32,000 nucleotides of DNA from Ignicoccus hospitalis KIN4/I (GTDB lineage: Archaea; Thermoproteota; Thermoprotei_A; Sulfolobales; Ignicoccaceae), in contig NC_009776.1 of the NCBI RefSeq assembly GCF_000017945.1, positions 1,080,001 through 1,112,000 on the forward strand, read 5' to 3'. Below, in pieces: positions 18,500 to 27,189 of the stretch; position 1 is the first letter of the stretch, and every line of letters starts with the position of its first letter. A program made the translations under genes and the position numbers. The notes below the pieces were generated by a model. That model worked only from the letters and a program-made list of their open reading frames with translations, was not told the DNA's origin and made no database searches.

Positions 18500-19033
18500 T
18501 TACTCCTTTTTATATTTTCCTTTAACGACGTACTCCTCGCACGGGGGCAAGAGGAAGACCTTCCCCGCCTTCTGCATTGGGACCTTCACTTGCCTCAAGT
18601 CCCATCCCCAGCGCCCGAAGGGCCTCTCCGCCTTCCAGTTCACCACCTTCCCCACGTAGAACACGACGTCCCCTACGTCCAAAGACTTCAAGACCTCGCA
18701 TTCGGCCCACCCCGCCGCCCCCTCGGGCACGGGGGAGGGGACCTTCTCGCCCTTCCTCCACCCCACCCTCTCGAGCTTGTTCTCCTCCTCGCAGCTCACG
18801 GTCCCCAAGTACCAGAGCAGCTCCGGGTCCTCTACTACGGAGACCGTAAAGTGGCCGTACTTCTCTATCAACTTTTGGGTGCAGCCGTCCTTCTCGACCG
18901 CCACCCCCACGGTGGGGGGCTCCGTGGAGACGGGGGTCACCCAAGAAGCCGTCATGAAGTTCCCGTCCGAGGGAGGGACGCCCGAGCCCACCACGAAGGC
19001 CGGACGCGGGTGGAACAAGTAGTACCACTTCAT
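18500..19033 (-). CDS. Flavin reductase-like (FMN-binding split barrel) protein
   Basis: MKWYYLFHPRPAFVVGSG...NFMTASWVTPVSTEPPTVGVAVEKDGCTQKLIEKYGHFTVSV. Confidence 0.88.
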   Translation of the reverse strand: MKWYYLFHPRPAFVVGSGVPPSDGNFMTASWVTPVSTEPPTVGVAVEKDGCTQKLIEKYGHFTVSVVEDPELLWYLGTVSCEEENKLERVGWRKGEKVPSPVPEGAAGWAECEVLKSLDVGDVVFYVGKVVNWKAERPFGRWGWDLRQVKVPMQKAGKVFLLPPCEEYVVKGKYKKE

Positions 19034-19581
19034 CCCCTAACAGCCCTCTCCAACAGCGCGAGCTCGGCTAAGTATTCGAGTGCCTCGAGCTTGTTCAGCG
19101 CCTCGTAGGGGTCCTTACCCAAGGCGACTGCCCCGTGACCCTCGAGCAAGATCACGTCCGCCCTGGTGGACTCCTCCGCGACCCTCCGGGCGAGCTCCTC
19201 GCTCCCGGCCTCTAAGGGCGGAACCCTCGCCAGCTCCCTTATCGCGTAGGCCGTCTCCACGTACTCGCTGGGGTCCAGCGGGAGCCCTAGCTTTGCGGCC
19301 AAGACCGCTTTGGGGTTGTGGGCGTGCACCACCGAGCGCGCGTCGGTCTTCATGTATATTAGGGCGTGCATCTTGTACTCTATGGAAGGCTTCGGCCCTC
19401 GCCACTTCAAGTCGTTCAAGCTCACTACGCTCAGCTCCTTTATATCGTTCTTCGGTACGCCGGAAGGCGTTATTAGGAAGACGTCCCCGCACCTCGCGCT
19501 GGCGTTGCCGCTCAACACCGTTATCATTCCCTTTTGATAGAGCAACTTCATGACTTCAATTACTGGGCGCGCGTCACACAA
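19030..19581 (-). CDS. Class II aldolase/adducin family protein
   Basis: LSGNASARCGDVFLITPSG, SVVHAHNPKAVLAA, VILLEGHGAVALGKDPYEALNKLEALEYLAE. Confidence 0.9.
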   Translation of the reverse strand: MCDARPVIEVMKLLYQKGMITVLSGNASARCGDVFLITPSGVPKNDIKELSVVSLNDLKWRGPKPSIEYKMHALIYMKTDARSVVHAHNPKAVLAAKLGLPLDPSEYVETAYAIRELARVPPLEAGSEELARRVAEESTRADVILLEGHGAVALGKDPYEALNKLEALEYLAELALLERAVRG

Positions 19582-19990
19582 GGCCCAGTCCCCGGAGCCT
19601 GCGCAAGACCTCGTTTAGGGCCTTCCACTCCTCGGGGAAGACCCTCTCCGGCGGGTTGTTAACCACCTCTTCCCAGTTGTGCTTGACCCACGAGCACGCT
19701 CTCGAAACTTCTATAAACACCTTCCCGTCCTTAACCCTGACGTTGAGCGGGTACATCTTACAGCTCAATGGCTTTTTCTCGTGAATCTTACACCTCCCCG
19801 TCTCGGGGTCGTTGAAGGGGCACCGGCCCTTGATCACCCAGCGGTAGAGGCCGGGGAGGAGCTCTACGAACTCCCTCTGCCCCATCCTCTCCAGCTCCTC
19901 CTTCTCGTCTTCAAACACCACCGGCATCTCGTCCTCCCTCTCGAAGACGCAGCAGCGCTTGCACTCCTCGTTATACGGGCATTTGAACAA
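19574..19990 (-). CDS. YkgJ-like cysteine-cluster protein
   Basis: LFKCPYNEECKRCCVF...CPFNDPETGRCKIHEKKPLSCKMYPL; ORF opens at 20095 but a TTG start at 19990 removes most of the overlap with the divergent ferredoxin gene. Confidence 0.75.
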   Translation of the reverse strand: MFKCPYNEECKRCCVFEREDEMPVVFEDEKEELERMGQREFVELLPGLYRWVIKGRCPFNDPETGRCKIHEKKPLSCKMYPLNVRVKDGKVFIEVSRACSWVKHNWEEVVNNPPERVFPEEWKALNEVLRRLRGLGLV

Positions 19991-20014
19991 GGAGGGCACC
20001 GGGGGAGACCCTTT

Positions 20015-20231
20015 GGAGGAGGGGTTAGGGAGGGTTTCGGTCGACCCGGAAAGGTGTGACGGCTGCGGCCTGTGCGTTGAGCTGTGTCCCTTCAACTCCC
20101 TAGCGATGGAGGGCGGAACGGTGAGGCAAGTAGGGCCTTGTTACCTCTGCGGGGGCTGTGAGGCCTTATGCAAGGCGATAAGGGTAGAACCTTTGTTGGA
20201 GCCTAAGGAGTTCGATGAAGGCTTCCGCTAA
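20015..20231 (+). CDS. 2x[4Fe-4S] ferredoxin-domain protein
   Basis: CDGCGLCVELCPFNSLAMEGGTVRQVGPCYLCGGCEALC. ORF open from 19959; candidate TTG start near 20015 is uncertain. Confidence 0.8.
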
Positions 20232-20484
20232 GGCCTCATCCGCCCTCGAGGTGGTAAATGCGGTTAGATTGCCAGCATTCACCAACCAGAAAGTATGAAG
20301 CTTCGCGTGACACAGAAAACACCTTACATACTATCGCATCCTCCAGCACCAAGGATGAAAGGTAGGGACACGCAAGGGAGGCAAGCCTAAGGAGTCTTTA
20401 AAAGTGTATGACATTCATGTCCTCCCTGCATAATTTGTCCTTACTATAAATCCTTGAGAGAGGTGAAGGGAACGGGGCCAAGGT

Positions 20485-20943
20485 ATGACCTACGAGCTGG
20501 TCAAAACCGATGAAGGCACTTTAAGCGTTAAAGGTCATTCGATCCGATTTATGCTCATTCCCTCCTCCGCATTAGTTAAGATACACGAGGAACTCAAGAA
20601 AGTGTTGGGACCGGCGGCGGACGTAATGATGAGGAAGGTAGGGGAGGGCTTTGGAGAAGCGGTAGTGGAGTTGGTCAAAAAGGAGGAGGGCAGCGACGTA
20701 GATTCGATAAAGAGGTTTTTGGAGAAGAGCGGGTTCGGCGTTGTGGAAATAACTTCGGAGGGAAATGACAACTGCACCATTACGATACACAAGGCCCCCT
20801 CTAGGGACTTCGACACCAACGTGTGCAAGTTCGAGGAAGGAATAATAAAGGTGCTCTTAGAGGCCTTCAACGGAGGGAAGTGGAAGGTAAGGACCGTTAA
20901 GGCGGAAGGGGAGGACTGCGTCATAGAGGCGACCAAGGGCTAG
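20485..20943 (+). CDS. V4R-like domain protein
   Basis: GFGVVEITSEGNDNCTITIHKAPSRDF...VCKFEEGIIKVLLEAFNGGKWKVRTVKAEGEDCVIEAT resembles the C-terminal part of V4R-type domains; CTATAAATC TATA-like element about 30 nt upstream. Confidence 0.5.
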   Translation: MTYELVKTDEGTLSVKGHSIRFMLIPSSALVKIHEELKKVLGPAADVMMRKVGEGFGEAVVELVKKEEGSDVDSIKRFLEKSGFGVVEITSEGNDNCTITIHKAPSRDFDTNVCKFEEGIIKVLLEAFNGGKWKVRTVKAEGEDCVIEATKG

Positions 20944-20944
20944 C

Positions 20945-21225
20945 TCACCCCAAGGCCCTCGCTACCGCCGTGCCCCAGCCCTCCCTCCTCCTCCCTTGAC
21001 CTAACTTCTCCTCCAGCACCTCCAACACCTCGTCCTTAGTCCCTTTTACCTTTATCTTCGTCCCGGCCGGAACCACTAGGGCCGGCTCCTTAGGCTTGTT
21101 GGAGACTATATCCCACCCGGTCCTAGCGACCTCCAGGAGGAGATCCCCTTGGGCACGTAGGTTCCAAGGACCTCCAGTTTCCCCCTCACGAGCGCCCTTC
21201 CGACCTCCTTGGAGGGTTCTCTCAA
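20945..21225 (-). pseudogene. cmr3: Frameshifted fragment resembling the C-terminal region of Cmr3 (type III-B CRISPR RAMP)
   Basis: Joined minus-strand frames: LREPSKEVGRALVRGKLEVLGTYVPKG / DLLLEVARTGWDIVSNKPKEPALVVPAGTKIKVKGTKDEVLEVLEEKLGQGRRREGWGTAVARALG*. GWD...KPK...VPAG...GxG pattern fits the Cmr3 C-terminus. Frames change at the C4 run 21145-21148. Confidence 0.5.
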
Positions 21226-21300
21226 AGGCTTGCAGCGACGCTAAGCTGTTAAAGACTTCGCGATTGTGTTTATCTACTGTGGAAATTCCGATTAGATGCC

Positions 21301-22104
21301 TTAAATCTCCTTTCCTATCAAGAGTTTTATTATTTTGATTATGTCGTCTCCAGTGATTTTAGCCTCATCATTAATATTAATCCCACAACAACATAGGACA
21401 TAGGCGTAGAACAGCGCCGCCGCGTCGCCCTTCCACGGACAGTAGGGGAACCTGAATTTGTCCCTCGTGAGGGCCGCCCTAACGACCTCGTAGAACCACT
21501 CCGACCTGGAATCCAGCTTTTCCTCGCTCTTCAGGTAGGTGACGGCGGCCGCTAGGAGCAAGAACTTGCAGAACAGCTCTTGATTATCGATGCACTCCTT
21601 CACGTCACTTAAAGCTTGAGAAAGTCCCTGGGCCTTTCCATCATCGTAGCAAGTGTTGAACAGGTGTAGGATTTTATTGAGCTTAGACTTTTTCTCTCTA
21701 TCAATGGTATCCCAATTCTCCTTCAATTTTTCCAATAAATCCTTCAAGATCACGGTGCAATCATCTTGGCCCTTTCCACTGTCCCGTAGTTCTTTATGTA
21801 AACTCTTCTCTAGATCGTTAGGGTCTATCCCGGCTTCATGTACAGTCTTATTTAATACCTCCCTTAAGAACTTCTCCAAGAACCTCTTCGGGTCGTCCTT
21901 GCAGACGTCCTCACCCTCAAACAAGTTGTTCGAGAGCCCCTTCGCCAAATCTTTTAGCAGCTCTGAGGGGCTTACCTCATTGACGCCCTTCTCTTCACAC
22001 TTGCCTTTGCCCTCCTTTGGCCTCGGTAATACCTTTAGGAGGTTGTCGAGTTTCGTGAGTTCGTTCGCGCTCGACCCACTCCCTCCCGAGTCCTCATTGC
22101 TCAA
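21301..22104 (-). CDS. Hypothetical alpha-helical protein embedded in the putative Cmr remnant
   Basis: Intact 267 aa ORF, co-oriented; QELFCKFLLLAAAVTYLKSEEK faintly resembles the helical small subunit (Cmr5-like) but is not a secure assignment. Confidence 0.5.
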   Translation of the reverse strand: MSNEDSGGSGSSANELTKLDNLLKVLPRPKEGKGKCEEKGVNEVSPSELLKDLAKGLSNNLFEGEDVCKDDPKRFLEKFLREVLNKTVHEAGIDPNDLEKSLHKELRDSGKGQDDCTVILKDLLEKLKENWDTIDREKKSKLNKILHLFNTCYDDGKAQGLSQALSDVKECIDNQELFCKFLLLAAAVTYLKSEEKLDSRSEWFYEVVRAALTRDKFRFPYCPWKGDAAALFYAYVLCCCGININDEAKITGDDIIKIIKLLIGKEI

Positions 22105-22150
22105 CCCTTCTCGCCATTTGAGACGGAAGGTGGCCGTTATTTATTCGTTC

Positions 22151-22965
22151 TCACAAGCTGTGGATCAAATTAGCCAAGCGCGTCCGGACTTCGCTCGCAC
22201 AGCCGTCGTACCTCTTGAAGTCGGCCCTATAGCTCCCCTCAGCGCCCTCTTCAAAGAACAGAGCGTGTTCACGCCCTCAACCTTAGAGACCCAAAGCTCG
22301 GCGTAACCCTTGATCAGCTCATCGAGCTTGGAGGTGTCGGGAGAGTTAGGGCGGAGGACCTTGTTCGCCGCCTCCAACATTTTTCCAACGTTTCGTCCGT
22401 ACCTCCCTCGCCCCGCTTGCCGGCCTCGAATTCGATTAGCGCGAACCTCCCGAAGCCCCACCTGGTCGCCCTGCCCACGCCATAGAGGGTCATAACGACT
22501 AGCGCGGTAGCGGCGAAGAGCGGGAAGAGCTCCTCGGCCTTTTCATTGACGTCGCTGGTTCGCGGCTTGAGGAAGACCTCCACCTCCAACTTCCCGGCGT
22601 CGACGAAGGGAACCTCCGCCGTCCCTGACGGGGGCGAGCACGAAACCTTAGCTTTGGACGGGTCCTCGGAGAGGTTGTACCTCACAGTGAGGTTGAAGGG
22701 GCTCCCCCACGATGACTTCTTGCCGACCCTGCCGAACATGAACTCGGTCAGCCTTAGCTCAAGGCTGGTCTTATCGGAGAGTTTTACCGTTATCGTATCT
22801 CTCCTCAAGCATTTGCTCTGTCCCTCCATTGCCTCGCTCAGCCTCCTCATCCTGCCTATTATGGAGTAGGGCTGGGGTCCCCCCTACGTAGCGCTCGCCG
22901 CAAGCGGACTGTCTGAAAGGCCCCCGCGTCGCCGCTGGAGAAGGGGGTGACGTTGACGAACCTCA
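22151..22965 (-). pseudogene. cmr1: Cmr1-like RAMP gene broken by several frameshifts and an in-frame stop
   Basis: Pieces: MRFVNVTPFSSGDAG... / GGPQPYSIIGRMRRLSEAMEG...LELRLTEFMFGRVGKKSSWGSPFNLTVR...LFAATALVVMTLYGVGRATRWGFGRFALIEFEAGKRGEGG / RYGRNVGKMLEAANKVLRPN...ELWVSKVEGVNTL / FFEEGAEGSYRADFKRYDGCASEVRTRLANLIHSL*. Order of motifs matches Cmr1. Confidence 0.5.
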
Positions 22966-23173
22966 TTTTGAGGTACCTCTTCGGCGTGAAAAGCCTCTTC
23001 TCCACCTCCTTAGCCGTCAGAGCTACGCCGTAACTCGTCGAGAGCAAGCGCGCCGTCCCAAAGGCCTTAGGCCCCGGACCTTAACCAAGGTTTCCAGCCT
23101 ACTTACCGATAAGTAATTACTCACTGTCCTAGCTTTAAGCCAGGAGACCGACGAGGAGTAGGGATATCCACAC

Positions 23174-23722
23174 TTGAGCCCGGAGGAGTTCGATAAGGAA
23201 ACTGTTGCTAAGGTCTTCGCCAACTTCGCCGAGAAGTTCATGTTCGACACCCTCCCCAAGAACTTAAAGAAGTACGTCGGAGAGGGGGCGGCGACCGCGT
23301 TGATCTTCAACATAGTTAAGGAAGGTGCCAAGGAAACCATGGGAGAGGAGCTGAAGAAGATGATAAAGGTAGAGAGTCTGAAGGACGCCATGAAGGCTTG
23401 TTATTTGCCCTACAAGCTCGTAGGCATGGAGTTCGAGTACGAGGAGGCCGAGGAGGGCGACGAGTACGTCTTCAAAGTCACTAAGTGTCCGCACTTCAAG
23501 TACACCAAGGACATGCCCTTCGCTTGCGCCGCGTGCGCGGCGATAAAGGCCGGTATAATAGAGAAGCTCGAGGACAAGCCCGTCCAAATAGTGTTCAAGG
23601 GGACCAGGAGGCTCGGCAGCCGCGAGCCCGGGATCTTGATAGAAGTAGTCAAGCACATGCCCTCCGGAGACCCCTACTGCGAGTTCCGGTTGAAGGAGCT
23701 ACCCAGACAAGGCCAGAGTTAG
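23174..23722 (+). CDS. Cysteine-containing V4R/ATC-hydrolase-like domain protein
   Basis: 182 aa ORF; ELKKMIKVESLKDAMKACYLPYKLVG...VTKCPHFKYTKDMPFACAACAAIKAGIIEKL. Confidence 0.5.
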   Translation: MSPEEFDKETVAKVFANFAEKFMFDTLPKNLKKYVGEGAATALIFNIVKEGAKETMGEELKKMIKVESLKDAMKACYLPYKLVGMEFEYEEAEEGDEYVFKVTKCPHFKYTKDMPFACAACAAIKAGIIEKLEDKPVQIVFKGTRRLGSREPGILIEVVKHMPSGDPYCEFRLKELPRQGQS

Positions 23723-24433
23723 GAGAGCGTATTCTTCCCACCACCTCCCCCCTTTTAGGGCGCACAGCGCCGCCAGAGCAGCTTCCGCGGGGGAGCACCT
23801 CCCGGTCACCAAGTCCCTCAAGAGGGACTTAGCCAACTGGGCCAGCGGGGGGTCGTAGTAGAGGGCGTAGGCGTAGAGCGAGTACAACAAGTTAACGGTC
23901 TTGGTAAAGTTTCCTCCGTGAAGCCTCCTAGCCAAGGTTTTGAACGCGTAAAGCTCCCCCATGTTCAAGTTCGAAGGGGCGCAAGGCGCCGGAGGGGGCC
24001 TCAAACCTTTAGCGAGGCTCTCGTACGTCCCTTTCAAGACTAAGAAGCAATACAAGGCCCGGGCGTCCTCGCGCCCCTCCAAGCACTTCAAGAACTCCTC
24101 CAACCCCTTGGCCTCTGGGTAGGAGGAGACCATGACGTAGTACCACTGGCCGTAGGTCCTTAGCTCTAAGAGGTTCTTCACCTTCGGGAGCCTCGCGGTG
24201 AGGGCCTCCACGAGTTCCCCCGCGAGCCTCTTGGGGTAGTCCGGCGGCAGCAGCCCCCTCGAGCGGTAGCATAGCGTCCTATTCGTCAACGAGCTGAGCA
24301 GCCACAAGGTCAAGTCTGTGGCTAACAAACTCCCCTCCCTTAGGGAGTAAGATATCGCGTGGGCCCCGCAGTCCGTAACGGGCAGTTGGGCTGTCAAGTT
24401 GGCAATTACAACGTAGAGCAGGGTTGTGTTCAA
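23699..24433 (-). CDS. Hypothetical, possibly exported cysteine-containing protein
   Basis: MNTTLLYVVIANLTAQLPVTDCG... short hydrophobic N-terminus; helical body with several Cys. Confidence 0.55.
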   Translation of the reverse strand: MNTTLLYVVIANLTAQLPVTDCGAHAISYSLREGSLLATDLTLWLLSSLTNRTLCYRSRGLLPPDYPKRLAGELVEALTARLPKVKNLLELRTYGQWYYVMVSSYPEAKGLEEFLKCLEGREDARALYCFLVLKGTYESLAKGLRPPPAPCAPSNLNMGELYAFKTLARRLHGGNFTKTVNLLYSLYAYALYYDPPLAQLAKSLLRDLVTGRCSPAEAALAALCALKGGRWWEEYALLTLALSG

Positions 24434-24476
24434 GCCTAAATCACCCCCTTTCGAAACCTCACGCGGGGTAGATCGA

Positions 24477-25991
24477 GTGGAGAAAGAGGTCTACGTCCCG
24501 GACCTCAACGCGGTCCAGAGGGGGCTGCTCACGAGGCTCGTGGAGCAGGGCCTCCTCTACGGGACCTTGTTGATACCTTCAACCTTGATCAAGGAAATAG
24601 AGAGGCAAGCGAAGGAGGGGCTCGCCTCCGGCATGGCGGCGTTGGAGGAGTTGACCAAGCTCAGGGAGCTCGAGATGCAAGGGCTCGTTAACATAGAGGT
24701 CGTAGAGGTAAAGGAGAGGGACGTAGATGACGCAGTTAGGAAGGTCGCCAAAGAGAAAAACGCCACGTTGGTCACTGGGGACAGAGTACAAGCGCTCGTT
24801 GCCACGACTATGGGCATAGAAGTGTTCTTCGCGGGCGAGTACAGGCCGGCGAAGCTGAAGTTCGAGGAGTTCTTCGACGAGGAGACTATGAGCATTCACT
24901 TGAAGGAGGGAGACGTGCCCAAGGCTAAGAAGGGGAGGCCGGGGGAGTGGGAGATGGTCCCCCTCTCCAATGAGGTGTTGGACGCGGCGACGTTGGAAAA
25001 CATGGCCCTCGAGATAATGGAAACTGCCAGGTCCCGGAGGGACGCCTACGTTGAGGTAGATAGGCCCGGCACGACGGTGGTGCAGCTCGGGAAGTATAGG
25101 ATAGTGATCACCAGGCCTCCCCTCTCGGACGGGTGGGAGATAACCGCGGTCAGGCCGATAGCGAAGTTGAGCTTGGAAGACTACGACTTGCCGGAGAAGC
25201 TGATAAGGAGGTTGGAGGACAGGGCGGAAGGAATACTCATAGCCGGCGCCCCCGGCGCGGGCAAGACTACCTTCGCCCAAGCCCTCACCGAGTACTACGC
25301 CAGGAAGGGGAAGGTGGTCAAAACCATAGAGTCCCCGAGGGACATGGTCCTCCCTCCGAGCGTCACTCAGTACTCTAAGGAGCACACGAGCGTGAAGGAG
25401 CTTTACGCGATACTCTTGTTGTCGAGGCCGGACTACACCATATTCGACGAGATGAGGACCGACGAGGACTTCAAACTATACATGGACCTCAGGATGGCCG
25501 GAATAGGCATGGTAGGGGTAGTCCACGCCACCACCCCGATAGACGCGGTCCAGAGGCTGATAGGGAGGGTGGAGCTGGGGATGATACCCAGCATCGTAGA
25601 CACCGTGATATTCATAGACAGCGGGAGCGTGGCGAAGGTCTACGAGCTCCAGATGACCGTCAAGCTCCCCACGGGGCTCCGGGAGGCGGACCTAGCGAGG
25701 CCGGTAGTGGAGGTGAGGGACTTCTTGACCGGGGAGTTGGAGTACGAGATCTACACTTGGGGCGAACAGACGATGGTGGTCCCGGTCAAGAGAGTTGCGA
25801 AGAGGGGCGAGGAGAAGATCTTAGCTTACGTCTACAGGGTCCTCCCGGAGGCGACCTCCGTGGAGGTGAAGGACGGGGTCGTGGTGGTGACCGTGCCGAA
25901 GTGGGCCGGGAAGAACGTCTTAAAAAAGGCGAAGAAGTTGAAGAAGCTGGAGGACCGGTTGGGAATGAGAATAAAGGTCAAGTACGAGTGA
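24477..25991 (+). CDS. PIN domain + PilT-like ATPase + C-terminal KH-like domain
   Basis: PIN-like N-terminus ([21 protein letters not shown]...[14 protein letters not shown]), Walker [38 protein letters not shown]-terminal [43 protein letters not shown] 24477 preferred start. Confidence 0.88.
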   Translation: MEKEVYVPDLNAVQRGLLTRLVEQGLLYGTLLIPSTLIKEIERQAKEGLASGMAALEELTKLRELEMQGLVNIEVVEVKERDVDDAVRKVAKEKNATLVTGDRVQALVATTMGIEVFFAGEYRPAKLKFEEFFDEETMSIHLKEGDVPKAKKGRPGEWEMVPLSNEVLDAATLENMALEIMETARSRRDAYVEVDRPGTTVVQLGKYRIVITRPPLSDGWEITAVRPIAKLSLEDYDLPEKLIRRLEDRAEGILIAGAPGAGKTTFAQALTEYYARKGKVVKTIESPRDMVLPPSVTQYSKEHTSVKELYAILLLSRPDYTIFDEMRTDEDFKLYMDLRMAGIGMVGVVHATTPIDAVQRLIGRVELGMIPSIVDTVIFIDSGSVAKVYELQMTVKLPTGLREADLARPVVEVRDFLTGELEYEIYTWGEQTMVVPVKRVAKRGEEKILAYVYRVLPEATSVEVKDGVVVVTVPKWAGKNVLKKAKKLKKLEDRLGMRIKVKYE

Positions 25992-26037
25992 GGTCACCAA
26001 AGGCCAATCTCTTCACCGCTCTGCCCGTCGGGCGCGA

Positions 26038-27189
26038 TCATCCCTCTACCATTTCGTGGCCGGAGGTGTGGAGCTTTAGCACCTCCTCCTCTGAGGGGGG
26101 CCTCCACAAGAGCTTGTAGTACTTTTTTATCTCCTCGAACCTCCACGGCCCCACGGGGTGGTCGCTGCCGCCGTAGACCCTCACCCCCGCTTCGAGCATG
26201 TCCTTAACCCTCATGAACTCCTTCCAGCGGTTGCCGAGGATCCTCTTGAACTCCTCCACCCCCACGGCCTCCATTATGCCGGGCTGTACGGACACCGGCA
26301 CGCCGGCCTCCGCCAAGGGCTCCAGCTGGTCGTCCCTGACCAGCGCGGCGTGCTCTATCCTCAAGACCCTCTTAGGAGACCCGGCGAGCTTGAAAGCCTT
26401 CAAGACCACGTCCAAGGCCTCGTCGCCCATCACGTGGACCGCCACTTGGAAGCCCTCTTCCTTGCCCTTCTTTATCCAAGCGACCAGCCTCTCCAAGGGG
26501 ACGTAGAGCCTCCCCTTACCTTCAGTCATAGCCGTGCCGTGGACTATAACGCCGTCCACGAAGAGCTTCACCCCGACGGCCCCCGGTATGTAGGTCTCAG
26601 TCCTCACGTAGTGATACACCTTGACGTCGTGTTTTATTTTATTAACTATCTCCATTTCCAGCCACCTCGAGGTCATGCTGTGTACCTCTACCACCCCTCC
26701 ATCCTTCAGCTCGTCCAGCACCGCCTTGAACGCTTTGTACAAAAGCATCGTGTCCGGGTCCGGTATTACGCGCCTCAACTTCCTCATAGCGCTCTCGTAG
26801 AGCCTCCCGGTGAGCTTCCCGTCCTCGCACTCCGCCCCCTCGTCCTCGCAGCTCACCCCTCCCAACTTCAACGCCTTGGTGTTCGCAACGGCCATGTGGC
26901 CGTCCCTAGTAGCTAGGGAAACGGGCACCTCCGGGGACGCCTCGTCCAGAGCGAACCTATCCAAGGACCTAGCCAATTTCAAGGGGAGGAGCGTGCCCAC
27001 GACCCAGCCCTTATAGGTGCCTCCCCTCTCGGCCTCCCTCCTAACCCTGAGGAGGACCTCCTCAACGGATTTACAGTCCTTCAAGTTTAGGTCTATCTTG
27101 GAGCGGGCGCTCCACGACAAGTGGAAGTGGGTGTCCACAAACATCGCTCGCGCTTCCGGGCCCTCCTCTAGAGGAGCGTTACAAAGCAT
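26038..27189 (-). CDS. Amidohydrolase (YtcJ-like metal-dependent hydrolase)
   Basis: MFVDTHFHLSWS (HxH), GVKLFVDG, HVMGDEALD, IEHAALV, GSDHPVGPW. Confidence 0.88.
   Translation of the reverse strand: MLCNAPLEEGPEARAMFVDTHFHLSWSARSKIDLNLKDCKSVEEVLLRVRREAERGGTYKGWVVGTLLPLKLARSLDRFALDEASPEVPVSLATRDGHMAVANTKALKLGGVSCEDEGAECEDGKLTGRLYESAMRKLRRVIPDPDTMLLYKAFKAVLDELKDGGVVEVHSMTSRWLEMEIVNKIKHDVKVYHYVRTETYIPGAVGVKLFVDGVIVHGTAMTEGKGRLYVPLERLVAWIKKGKEEGFQVAVHVMGDEALDVVLKAFKLAGSPKRVLRIEHAALVRDDQLEPLAEAGVPVSVQPGIMEAVGVEEFKRILGNRWKEFMRVKDMLEAGVRVYGGSDHPVGPWRFEEIKKYYKLLWRPPSEEEVLKLHTSGHEMVEG

Noticed and set aside
11053-19553. Numerous plus-strand ORFs in the track (e.g. 14196..15251, 18590..19108, 19080..19553) opposite well-identified genes
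   Set aside because: High-GC shadow ORFs antisense to glnA, flavin reductase and aldolase genes; low-complexity Arg/Pro/Leu-rich translations.
20272-20360. Two CCAGCA...GAAAG-containing stretches about 69 bp apart (CCAGCATTCACCAACCAGAAAG and CCAGCACCAAGGATGAAAG), reminiscent of a CRISPR repeat spacing near the Cmr remnant
   Set aside because: The copies differ internally and in length and no third copy exists; insufficient for a CRISPR array.
25757-26119. [26 protein letters not shown]... overlapping the 3' end of the PIN-ATPase gene
   Set aside because: Out-of-frame shadow of the ATPase/KH coding sequence.
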